Positions 21,619-32,960 of a stretch of 64,000 nucleotides of DNA are shown one piece after another. Under the pieces are notes generated by a model. The model saw only the letters and a list, made by a program, of their open reading frames with translations, was not told the DNA's origin and did not search any database. Positions within the stretch are counted from its first letter, which is position 1, and the number at the start of each line of letters is the position of its first letter. Made by a program: the position numbers and the translations under genes. The DNA lies in assembly GCF_000143415.4 (NCBI RefSeq), contig NW_003314386.1:274791-338790 (forward strand). The letters run 5' to 3'. The DNA comes from Selaginella moellendorffii (taxonomy: Eukaryota > Plantae > Lycopodiophyta).

Positions 21619-23640
21619 ATGGGTGCTGTGTTGCTCGCAACTCTGGAGCAGTTCACCAGGAACTTGGGAAAGTTTATGTTCCTGTGGGCGACTGTGGTTC
21701 TCCTGGGGGGATTCGTGAACGATCTGAGAAACTATGACTTCTACTACGTCACTCTCCTGCTCGTTAGCTATGGCATCAGGAGCTTCCGGTTTCTCAACTT
21801 AGCCGAAGGCTTAAGGAAACCAAAGGTGAATTCCCGCCTGATCCTACTCGTCATCGCCCTCCTTCGCCTCCTCGTCCTCTTTCCCTTCGGCGCCTATATA
21901 GAAACCTTGCTGCTGCCTCTCTGGCTGCTGCTTCTCTTGCTGCTGCTTCTCTGGCTGCTGTACAATGCTCGCTCCGGGCGCTCATTCGTCATCGTCTACA
22001 ACATGGCCTACAATACTGAGATCCTTCTGGCTCTCGTCAGCCTCAGAGCCACCATCCGCTGGCTACTACTACTGCACCCCAAGTATCCAAAGTTCAACGA
22101 GTTCGTCGCAATGATCAGCTTCTTCTCGATCGTCATCGCCGAGTCGAGCTTGTTCCTGTGCATCCGCGGCTGCTGGGAGATCATATCAGTGAGGTACAAG
22201 AAGGCGAAGAAGAACAGGGGCCGACCGAGATTTCTCCTGGAAACTAAGTCCAAGTTCTTCGTTGCCGTGTACGAGACGACGCTGAGAGATGGAGCCATCA
22301 AGGGGCTAAGGATGAACTTGGTCGACTACGTCGCGAACGAGTTCTTGCAATCGAGAGGCAACCGGGAGCTGAGGAAGAGCTTGCTGATGCTGGATGCGGT
22401 GTGCCACTGGGAAGAAGAAGATCAGAGAAAGCAAAGTGGGAAGCTCCTCTTGGCATCTAAGCGTCAAGTTGTGGAGCGGCTGTTCGAGTGCATGGGCCAC
22501 AAGTACTATCTCATCTACCGGCGAGCGGCGATTTCTCTAGTGGCCGAGATCTGCGAAGATGAAAACGCCTTCTTAGCTGTGGCACACCTCGTCCAGGCCA
22601 GTGATGAAGGCGTCTCGCTTCTGGTGAAAGCGCTGGAGCCGGATACCAACAAGTCGGTGCTGGAGCTGCTAGGAAAGCTTGCGGCATTTGGAGGGATTGC
22701 CAATGCCGAGCCGGGTGTGATCGCGAATTTTGATTTTGCTAGAGGGGATACGCACAAGGAGTGGAAGGATTCCCTGCGCTATACCTTCAATGGCGATGGA
22801 GATGATCCAGCCAGGGTCGATGTAGAGCCAGAGACCCAGAGCTCCAGGCAGAAGATCGCAGCGAATTTGAGGACGCTACTCAGGAAGAATCACGACTTGA
22901 CAAGGTACCTCGCGAATGCTCTCTTTTGTTCCTCCCAGGAGCTCCAGGAGCTAGCTCTAGACGCTCTCGCGGCATTGCTAGCCTATGATCCCAGCCATGG
23001 TGGTCTTCTCCCTGGTTACAAGAGCGTCATCTATGGATTGTTCCAACTCCTCCGTACCTGCCAAGCTGATCCACTAGGAAGCAAAGTGGCAGTAGTGCTG
23101 GATCTTATCTGCCGCAAGAATCACCAGTACCTGGAAACGCTACTCGATGGAAGCGGCAGTAGCAGTGACGACGTTATAGCAGTTCTCATGAGCGCGCTCT
23201 CCTTTGGTTTGGACCATCACGATGGCGAGAGGAGCAGGCATGCAATGTCGATTCTGTGCAGCCTCCACGACCAGAAGCTGTTGAGCGAGGAGCAGGAGAA
23301 AGCGCTGGACATCGCAAAGATCGTGGACATGGTGACCACTATGACGAGCTCAAGACCAAGTGACCATGGCTTGACTGGGGAGAGCTCGACCACCCAACCC
23401 ATGGAAGGGATTGATGTGGCATTAGAAGTAGCCGAGCTTTGGGGTTTAGCTGCGCGGCCATCACACTCCTCATCAGCTGTTCCGACGGCATCACGGATTC
23501 ACAATCAACCAAGGTCGGATTTGGCAGATGATCTCTTGGAGAAGAGCACGCTTCATTGGCAAGACCCCCCAAATTCCCCACAGAGGGAAACTAAACAGAT
23601 CAGGATTCCAGAGATGCCGCAGCACAGCATTTCATTCTAA
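21619..23640 (+). CDS. BLE2-like TM+ARM protein, copy B (673 aa, intact, extended C-terminus)
   Basis: Paralog of 12007-13902. The codon after HNQPR is TCG here but a stop in copies A, C and D, giving a longer tail. Confidence 0.85.
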   Translation: MGAVLLATLEQFTRNLGKFMFLWATVVLLGGFVNDLRNYDFYYVTLLLVSYGIRSFRFLNLAEGLRKPKVNSRLILLVIALLRLLVLFPFGAYIETLLLPLWLLLLLLLLLWLLYNARSGRSFVIVYNMAYNTEILLALVSLRATIRWLLLLHPKYPKFNEFVAMISFFSIVIAESSLFLCIRGCWEIISVRYKKAKKNRGRPRFLLETKSKFFVAVYETTLRDGAIKGLRMNLVDYVANEFLQSRGNRELRKSLLMLDAVCHWEEEDQRKQSGKLLLASKRQVVERLFECMGHKYYLIYRRAAISLVAEICEDENAFLAVAHLVQASDEGVSLLVKALEPDTNKSVLELLGKLAAFGGIANAEPGVIANFDFARGDTHKEWKDSLRYTFNGDGDDPARVDVEPETQSSRQKIAANLRTLLRKNHDLTRYLANALFCSSQELQELALDALAALLAYDPSHGGLLPGYKSVIYGLFQLLRTCQADPLGSKVAVVLDLICRKNHQYLETLLDGSGSSSDDVIAVLMSALSFGLDHHDGERSRHAMSILCSLHDQKLLSEEQEKALDIAKIVDMVTTMTSSRPSDHGLTGESSTTQPMEGIDVALEVAELWGLAARPSHSSSAVPTASRIHNQPRSDLADDLLEKSTLHWQDPPNSPQRETKQIRIPEMPQHSISF

Positions 23641-23859
23641 ATCTTGCTAAATCAAAACTAATATATTCCCAATTGTTTGAAGCTTTGGCACGACTACAAG
23701 TCCAGTCAAACACACAAGTCTAAGAGAAACGTCAATGCAGCTTTAGAAAATTCTCTCATTCGGATTCTCTTTTCTGATTGCCACGCCACTGACTATTCCT
23801 GCTCGAACTGGAGCTTTTATGTTGACGTACTAAAGACCCCGCTCTACGCGGGAATGGCG

Positions 23860-24518
23860 CAAGCAAGGAGGACGGATCCGGGAACTCGGAGTTTGAACAG
23901 TCGCAGGACGATCATCTTCCGCTGTCTGCCAGGAAGAAAGGTGATCAATATACCTGAAAGATTTTCTAGCAAATCGTTTTGTGTTTGCTTGAAGTTTTCC
24001 ATTGAGAGTCAGGCCCCAGAAAAGTTGAAGAATGTACCGCTGTGAAAGTTATGGATGGATTCAGCAGGTACGCATGGGTCTGTTTCTCTTGGCTCAACGG
24101 CCACTAGCCGTTCCAGAGCGTCTTTGGCTGATCATTACATTGCCAGCAATGAGCTTTTTCTAATCTATCATTCTCTCTGGCTGTTACTTAACGAAGATGT
24201 TGCAGGCTCGCGCTTTCGGCAGCGATGCTTGGTAAGCTTTCATCTTTCGAGGCGTCGAGTATTGTATTCCAGGCATGTCCTCAAAGACGTTGTCGAGATG
24301 CCCGTTCTGGCATACGCGGAGAGCATCACCGCCTGCAAAGTGGCATCCGGGGCCGAGTTGAAAGTTTCCATGACTCCGAGCATATCTCCATTCGTTGCCG
24401 CCAAGCCAAGCCAGGACATTCCAGGTGGGAATTCTTCGAAACAAAGCTCTTGCTTGATCGCCATCTTCTGGGCGTTCGCTTCCATCAGAGCTGTCCATGA
24501 CACCTTTTGCGGCACCAT
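23860..24518 (-). pseudogene. PPR gene relic
   Basis: VSWTALMEANAQ, ARALFRRIPTWNVLAW, VMLSAYARTG, NGHLDNVFEDMP spread over shifting frames. Lower boundary approximate. Confidence 0.75.
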
Positions 24519-27216
24519 AAAACCCTAGTAAATTTATAAGGCTGATAAACCCTTTTATATTGATCTCTTTTAAGCTCCTTGAGAATATTCCTATTTAATT
24601 GGGCCACAACACACTTCAGCCCCACACCTTTATTCTATATACTGAGAAGAGTGTTGTTCAAGTCACAAAACTTACCTGCATGATTCAATATTCCCGCTTC
24701 GATGGTGTGCAAAACGCTCTACTTACCACCTGACACGAGCCATCAGGCCCGCTGCCGACATTATCCGGCAGGAGAAGGAGCGCTCTGAGAAAGATACCAC
24801 TCTAAGCTACCAGCCCTAGGCAGCAGATTGCCGGCGACATCAACCGCTCGGCTGCAGAGTCAGTCCTGCCTCAGACTGGGTGTTGCTGAGCTAGAGAGTG
24901 GACGATGTGCCTGGACGTGGTTGAATTGGTGATAAGCTTGACTTGACTGCCACCAGACCCGTTGTCCCTGCCTCGAGCTCCTTGAGCTTGAGAGCTTTGT
25001 ACTTCATGCAAGTGCGGCAACCATGCGTCGAATGATGCTCTCGCCTTTCCTGGTTGCGGACACCACTCGCGTAAATTCCTGCGACCTGCCAGCTTGTTCA
25101 CCGGGCCCCCGGTGGAAGTGGCAGCCGTGCACGGCCACACAACCCTTGTCTCGCCAGCTTCGGAATGCGGCAAGTAGTCGATCTAGCTTTCACGAGAGAT
25201 CAGTTAGCAATTGCGTGAGAACAAAACGAACTATCCCACTCTACCTGAACGATTTGCATCTCCTTGGTGCTAGATGTTTTTCTCGGAGATTAAGTAGCTG
25301 GGATCGGCAGTTTCAACTCCCTGTCAATTCAAACTTTGCAGTTAACAAGACAAGAGAAAGCGTTCAAAGGAGTCTTATCCATGACGACGCGTGCCAACCG
25401 CGGTGAGGCCCAGTGGCACCGTCCATGATGCTGGCTTCCATCTAGTTGTCAACACCGATCATCTCGTTGTCCTCCATTGCACGCACCTGTAGAAAGGTGG
25501 CGTGGCGATCGATTTTCACGTAAAAAAAGCCTCGGCCAAGGGAAGGATCGCAATGGACTTCAACACAACCGGCATGTTTCGAGCCAGTGCGGATCACACA
25601 GGGCACCTCGAGGTCGGGGTGAAAGAAACTACATCCTAGGAGACTATGGCAGTAGCACGAATAAAAGATGACCACTCAAGAAGAAGAAGAGGAAGATCTC
25701 ACGGTCTTCTCAAGCAATGCCAAGAGGTAGACTTCGTGGTTCTTGAGCCGTTGAACTTGGTGTATCCCGGCCCTCCGGCATACAGGGTGTGGAGCTGGTC
25801 ACATATGGGATGCGATTTTGCAGAGGGAAGTTGAGAATGCGTGATCTCCTCAACCGGATGGCTTGCCAGCGCACTTAGTTTTGATTCATGGGAAGAACTC
25901 CACACGTAAAATGGAGAGATGATCCACGATAAAAGAAAGAGGCCAGTCCAAGCATGTAAGTGTCACCATAAGGCTACTGCCTTGCCTCCTCAATGCAAGC
26001 TGATGCAGCGAACAGCCAAAATCGTTCGCATAAATAGCTGCAAGCACTCAAATAAAAAGATTAAAGCAGAAGGCAAATTAGCTGCTAGCTCTTGTTTGCT
26101 TCCAGAAAATCCTGGAGCCTTGAAAGGGACCGGAAGGCCTCGTGATCATGAAGAATAGATAATGATTACACTCAATATGTTAAAAAGAAATGGCAATTTG
26201 AGAGTAAAAGAGCATATTTGGGCGGGAAAGCAGTCAAGTGCGATGGCGGAGAAGGAGAAGGCGATGAACAAGAAGGCTGCACATCACATTCATGAAGGAG
26301 AAGCAGTTGGATCACAACCTCAAAATCTACAGAGAAGTACAAAAATCTCTTTCTTTGCTTTGAATGAATTCTTTTGTTGCACAGAAGAATTCCCTTGCTC
26401 CTCCACCTCCACCTCCTCCTCAGGAGCATGACGATCCAAAGCCAGAGGCGGAGACGAAGCCTGAGGCAGAAGAAGAGGCAGAGGCAGAATAGAAGCCCAT
26501 TGCCACGATTCATGTGTAGTTATGTATGATTCTTTGAAATGTCTGGACTTCAATTGTTCTAATTCAGGCAATCGTTATGTTCTTTGTTTTAGGGTTTGTC
26601 TCAATCTCAATCATTTCACGATGCAACCTTGTTCTGTTATTGTTCTAAGGTGGAGTTTGATAATGGCTAATCCAAGATCAGCTATGGCATATTGATATGG
26701 TAGTGTAGTTGTGGTCCACTTGCTCATGATCTTGCAATATTTTGGTGTTTCAGACGAGGCAAATGATCGAATCAATCTCACACTAGCCACGTGGAGGCAT
26801 CATCTTGCCTAGCTAGAGCTGCGATCGGTTGCTCAATGTGAGTGACTGATGGCAACCAGGCTCCTTGTGACAAGCTCTCCTGATGATAATTCAAGCCCAA
26901 TCTAAACAGCAAGATCTAGAGAAGGTGGCGAAAGTCGAGGAGGGCAACTGGACGGTGCTCGATCGGTGCAACAGCTACTGGTGAGAGCTCTCCAACGCAA
27001 GAGCTCGTCTGGAGTAGAGAAAAGCCTCGATCCAGGAAGGAAGGAGAAGCTTGAAGAGATGAACGCTAGGCACAGCATCGACTCGTGTGGGACTTGTGGA
27101 AGCCCAGATTTCCCTGCAAAGCTGAACGCACGGAGCCTTAGTATGGATGATGTGATCAACAGCTACGAACTTGTGGCAAACATCTCTTAACTGGAAAGCC
27201 ATCGAGAGCTGTCTCT

Positions 27217-27433
27217 NNNNNNNNNNNNNNNNNNNNNNNNNNNNNNNNNNNNNNNNNNNNNNNNNNNNNNNNNNNNNNNNNNNNNNNNNNNNNNNNNNNN
27301 NNNNNNNNNNNNNNNNNNNNNNNNNNNNNNNNNNNNNNNNNNNNNNNNNNNNNNNNNNNNNNNNNNNNNNNNNNNNNNNNNNNNNNNNNNNNNNNNNNNN
27401 NNNNNNNNNNNNNNNNNNNNNNNNNNNNNNNNN
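27217..27433. other. Assembly gap (N run)
   Basis: Run of n between units 1 and 2. Confidence 1.
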
Positions 27434-27500
27434 NGAGATATCCATTGGAGTAAAGGATATAGTACCTCGTGACACCTCGATAGATCGAGCTTCTCCTCTG

Positions 27501-29571
27501 CTGTGGAGCGCCTGGCAGGGAAGGGACTGCCTTCACCGGGCCATCGGGGAATTCTAGAGCAGGGAATGCGTCCAAGCGGTGGCTGCCCCAGAATGGAGGC
27601 GCTAGGAATGGCAATGCGTTCCAGCTCAGGTGGTCGTGAATGTTCGCGGTGGCGGCGCCGCTCATGGATTTTCCAAGGCGAGCAAGAGGGAGTGTGGGGA
27701 ATGTTTTCCAGTGAAAGGCAAAGTTTTGGCTTCCAGGATTGTCATCACTGCAGTAGTGGTATGGCTGGTTTTCCAGTCGGTGCTGCTGTTAGAAGGGATC
27801 GTCACCAAGCGGTGGACCTGACGATTTACAGCAGAATTTTCTCAATGGTTCTAGAGTTGGCCGAACGCGTCCATCTGGCTTGGAGCAAAGAACTTTAGTT
27901 CATGAAGAGCAAGGAAGCCTCCGCAAAGATTAACAGTTCTAGTGCCAACTTTGAAGACTACGAAGAAAATCTGGAAGGAGAAGTGGCTGTGGAGCGAGAT
28001 CTGCATGCGATTGAAGACGTGGAGAGAATAGAAGAGGAGGTATACCATCAGTTGGATGCTCCTTTCATTGTTCTCATTCCTTTTTTCTCCTTTTTCATCA
28101 GCTGGATGAGAAAAAAGAACAAGCCCGTGAACCGAGGCGTGAAAAGAGTCGAAAGGGAGAAGTTTGAGAATCACGAACGTGACGATGGGGAGCTTGAGCG
28201 CACTGGGCAGCCGCTATGCATTTACGAAACTTACGACGGAAACAGCGGCTGGGCTTCCCTCCATCAGAATTATCCTCTGTACCGTGGTCTTAGTCTGGTA
28301 AGCTCGTGTTGTACTTGAAGTTCTCATCACCTCAACTTTGATGCAGTCACCGAGGGGAAGGAGACCAAGGGTCGACGACATTGATGCTGCATCACGCCTT
28401 GTGCTTTTAAACGACACTTTCTACCGCGATAGCTTTTGCGATTTTGGTGGATTTCTCGCAATCGCTAACAGGATTGATCGAGTGCATAAGAACTCGTGGA
28501 TTGGATTTCAACCCTCGCTAGCTGCTACCGAAAGAGTAAGAAATTGCGGATTGACGGTGGATACGATCTTAAATTTTTCTTTCCTCAGGTTGCTCTGTCG
28601 CCAAAAGCTGAAAACTCTCTAGCCGAGGCTGTGAAGGTCGGTATTCATGGCGATGCCGTTTATTTCTGGGCTGGCAAGTCGGAAGATTTCTGGACTTCTT
28701 GCGATGCAAGCAATGCTGGAAACTGCAGGTATGTGTCGAGACAAAGTTTGTCAAGGCCAACGGTGTTCATTCCAGGCGGATTTTCATGGAGACATTCAAG
28801 ACAATGTTTGGCTTAAACAAAGACCAACTGGACCTTCCAACGATGCCATCTGGTGTCTGGTCTAGCAAGCATTGCTGGGCTATGTCTACCTCATCTTTCG
28901 TGAAGTTCGTCATGTTTTCCCGGTCTGTTGCAGTTTGTTGCACGTACTGCAACGAAATATCTTCTTAACTGGTTATCTTGTCCTAGGATGTTCGTGGACG
29001 CTCTCGATTCTCGGCTCTACATTGAACATCACGACCATGGAAACTGTCCTCTTGCAACCACACAACTGGAGGTATGGTACAACCTCGAATTCTTTTGGCT
29101 GTGAGTTCTAAATACTAAATCTCTTAGGCTCAACACTGCTACTGCCGTCTACTTGAGGTCCTGGTGAACGTTTGGGCGTATCACAGTGCCAGGAGACTCA
29201 TCTACGTGGATCCTGAGACGGGTATAATGATGGAGCAGAACGCTCTCGAGAGCCGACGCGGGCAGATGAAAGTCAAGTGGTTCAGCTTTAGCGTGCTCAA
29301 GGGAATGGACGAAGACATGGCCGAGAAAGTTGACGACGAGCATCCTACGTACCGGTGGCTCTGGCCACACACGGGAGAAGTGTTCTGGCAGGGAATCTTG
29401 GAGAGGGAGAGGCAGGAGAGATACAACATGAAGTTGGAAAGGAAGCGCAGGAACAAGGAGAGGCTGGCTAGAATGCGCAGCCGCTACAAGCAGAAGTCTC
29501 TGGGCCGCTATGTGAAGCCACCACCGGAAGAGACGGAGCAAGATCAAGCTGTGAATACTGCTGCTCGGTGA
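27501..29571 (+). pseudogene. BUP-like gene copy 2 (5'-truncated, frameshifted)
   Basis: Lacks the ATG region; small deletions near 27628, 27812 and 28126 (loss of AAGCGACTTTTGAGGAT, 17 nt) break the frame. Last exon matches copy 1. Confidence 0.85.
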
Positions 29572-29833
29572 ACAGATTCTTGGGTGATTGTTTTGAGAGC
29601 CAGGAGAGCTCTTTCGACGCGAATTGTAGTGTACGACTATCAAGAGGTAAACTTTTTAGTGTACATATTCAGTGTCATTGCTACTAATGAGATTTTCCAG
29701 CGTGATGATTCTTGGAAGCTGCAAATGACCAAAGTTTTGTCTAGCGCTGAAGAATCCGATCAAAACACGCTTGAGTGAAGAACAGGCAAGAATATAGCTC
29801 CAGCAAAACCAGGACAGGGGGAATTGATCTATA

Positions 29834-31867
29834 ATGGGTGTTGCTCGCAACTCTGGAGCAGTTCACCAGGAACTTGGGAAAGTTTTTGTTCCTGTGCGCG
29901 ACTGTGGTTCTCCTGGGGGGATTCGTGAACGATCTGAGAAACTATGACTTCTACTACGTCACTCTCCTGCTCGTTAGCTATGGCATCAGGAGCTTCCGGT
30001 TTCTCAACTTAGCCGAAGGCTTAAGGAAACCAAAGGTGAATTCCCGCGTGGTTCTACTCGTCATCGCCCTCCTTCGCCTCCTCGTCCTCTTTCCCTTCGG
30101 CGTCTATATAGAAACCTTGCTGCTGCCTCTCTGGCTGCTGCTTCTCTTGCTGCTGCCTCTCTGGCTGCTGNNNNNNNNNNNNNNNNNNNNNNNNNNNNNN
30201 NNNNNNNNNNNNNNNNNNNNNNNNNNNNNNNNNNNNNNNNNNNNNNNNNNNNNNNNNNNNNNNNNNNNNNTCTCTTGCTGCTGCTTCTCTTGCTGCTGTA
30301 CAATGCTCGCTCCGGGCGCTCATTCGTCATCGTCTACAACATGGCCTACAATACTGAGATCCTTCTGGCTCTCGTCAGCCTCAGAGTCACGATCCGCTGG
30401 CTACTACTACTGCACCCCAAGTATCCAAAGTCCAACGAGTTCGTCGCAATGATCAGCTTCTCCTCGATCGTCATCGCCGAGTCGAGCTTGTTCCTGTGCA
30501 TCCGCGGCTGCTGGGAGATCATATCAGTGAGGTACAAGAAGGCGAAGAAGAACAGGGACCGACCGAGATTTCTCCTGGAAACTAAGTCCAAGTTCTTCGT
30601 TGCCGTGTACGAGACGACGTTGAGAGATGGAGCCATCAAGGGGCTAAGGATGAACTTGGTCGACTACGTCGCGAACGAGTTCTTGGAATCGAGAGGCAAC
30701 CGGGAGCTGAGGAAAAGCTTGTTGATGCTGGATGCAGTGTGCCACTGGGAAGAAGAAGATCAGAGAAAGCGAAGTGGGAAGCTCCTCTTGGCATCTAAGC
30801 GTCAAGTTGTGGAGCGGCTGTTCGAGTGCATGGGCGACAAGTACTATCTCATCTACCGGCGAGCGGCGATTTCTCTAGTGGCCGAGATCTGCGAAGATGA
30901 AAACGCCTTCTTCGCTGTGGCACACGTCGTCCAGGCCAGTGATGAAGGCGTCTCGCTTCTGGTGAAAGCGCTGGAGCCGGATACCAACAAGTCGGTGCTG
31001 GAGCTGCTAGGAAAGCTTGCGGCATTTGGAGGGATTGCCAATGCCGAGCCGGGTGTGATCGCGAACTTTGATTTTGCGCAAGGGGATATGGACAAGAAGT
31101 GGAAGGATTCTCTCAGGAATGGCGAATGGATCATCTCCATCGATGCAGGAGATGATCCAGCCCGGGTTGATGACGAGCCAGAGATCCAGAGCTCCAAGCA
31201 GAAGATCGCAGCGAATTTGAGGACGCTACTCAGGAAGAATCACGACTTGACAAGGTACCTCGCGAATGCTCTCTTTTGTTCCTCCCAGGAGCTCCAGGAG
31301 CTAGCTCTAGACGCTCTCGCGGCATTGCTAGCCTATGATCCCAGCCATGGTGATCTTCTCCCTGGCTACAAGAGCGTCATCTATGGATTGTTCCAACTCC
31401 TCCGTACCTGCCAAGCTGATCCACTAGGAAGCAAAGTGGCAGTAGTGCTGGATCTTCTCTGCCGCAAGAATCGCCAGTACCTTGAAACGCTACTCGATGG
31501 AAGCGGCAGTAGCAGTGACGACGTTATAGCAGTTCTCATGAGCGCGCTCTCCTTTGGTTTGGATAATCACGATGGCGAGAGGAGCAAGCATGCAATGTCG
31601 ATTCTGTGCAGCCTCCACGACCAGAAGCTGTTGAGCGAGGAGCAGGAGAAAGCGCTGGACATCGCAAAGATCGTGGACATGGTGACCACTATGACGAACT
31701 CAACACCAAGTGACCATGGCTTGACTGGGGAGAGCTCGACCACCCAACCCATGGAAGGGATTGATGTGGCATTAGAAGTAGCCGAGCTTTGGGGTTTAGC
31801 TGCGCGGCCATCACAATCCTCATCAGCTGTTCCGACGGCATCACGGATTCACAATCAACCAAGGTAG
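29834..31867 (+). pseudogene. BLE2-like TM+ARM copy C (start codon out of frame; gap in Leu repeat)
   Basis: ATGGGTG|TTGCTC lacks 5 nt relative to the other copies, so the ATG at 29834 is out of frame. The rest is open across the gap to HNQPR*. Confidence 0.75.
30171..30270. other. Assembly gap inside the 15-bp Leu-codon repeat of copy C
   Basis: N run flanked by CTGCTG repeats on both sides. Confidence 1.
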
Positions 31868-32199
31868 GATTTGGCAGATGATCTCTTGGAGAAGAGCACG
31901 CCAGTGCTGCATTGGCAAGATCCCCCAAATTCCCCGCAGAGGGAAACTAAACAGATCAGGATTCCAGAGATGCCGCAGCACAGCATTCAATTCTAAATCT
32001 TGCTAAATCAAAACTAATATATTCCCAATTGTTTGAAGCTTTGGCACGACTACAAGTCCAGTCAAACACACAAGTCTAAGAGAAACGTCAATGCAGCTTT
32101 AGAAAATTCTCTCATTCGGATTCTCTTTTCTGATTGCCACGCCACTGACTATTCCTGCTCGAACTGGAGCTTTTCTGTTGACGTACTAAAGATCCCGCT

Positions 32200-32960
32200 C
32201 TACGCGGGAATGGCGCAAGCAAGGAGGACGGATCCCGGAACTCGGAGTTTGAATAGTCGCAGGACGATCATCTTCCTCTGTCTGCCAGGAAGAAAGGTGA
32301 TCAATGTACCTGAAAGATTTTCTAGCAAATCGTTTTGTGTTCGCTTGAAATGTTTTCCATTGAGAGTCAGGCCCCAGAAAAGTTGAAGAATGTACTGCTG
32401 TGAAAGTTATGGATGGATTCAGCAGGTACGCATGGGTCTGTTTTCTTGGCTCAACGGCCACTAGCCGTTCCAGAGCGTCTTTGGCTGATCATTACATTGC
32501 CAGCAATGAGCTTTTTCTAATCTATCATTCTCTCTGGCTGTTACTTAACGAAGATGTTGCAGGCTCGCGCTTTCGGCAGCGATGCTTGGTAAGCTTTCAT
32601 CTTTCGAGGCGTCGAGTATTGTATTCCAGGCATGTCCTCAAAGACGTTGTCGAGATGCCCGACGNNNNNNNNNNNNNNNNNNNNNNNNNNNNNNNNNNNN
32701 NNNNNNNNNNNNNNNNNNNNNNNNNNNNNNNNNNNNNNNNNNNNNNNNNNNNNNNNNNNNNNNNGGCCAGCATGAGCTTTTTCTAATCTATCATTCTCGC
32801 TGGCTGCTACTTAACGAAGATGTTGCAGGCTCGCGCTTGTGGCAGCGATGCTCGGTAAGCTTTCATCTTTTGAGGCGCCAAGTATTGTATTCCAGGCATG
32901 TCCTCAAAGACGTGGTCGAGATGCCCGTTCTGGCATACGTGGAGAGCATCATGACACCAT
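32200..32960 (-). pseudogene. PPR relic (unit 2), partly repeated across a gap
   Basis: Homologous to 23860-24518. Sequence 32764-32950 repeats 32500-32660 after the N run at 32665-32763. Confidence 0.7.

Larger units (their letters stand above)
19262..26513 (+). repeat. Segmental duplication unit 1 (GT-like, TM-ARM, PPR relic, unknown spacer)
   Basis: Near-identical to 27501-34957 (ORFs 20974 vs 29164, 24871 vs 33315, 25919 vs 34363). Homology ends after CCACGATTCAT. Confidence 0.95.

Noticed and set aside
32764-32960. Apparent local tandem duplication of the PPR relic
   Set aside because: Directly flanks an N gap and may be an assembly overlap; not treated as biological.
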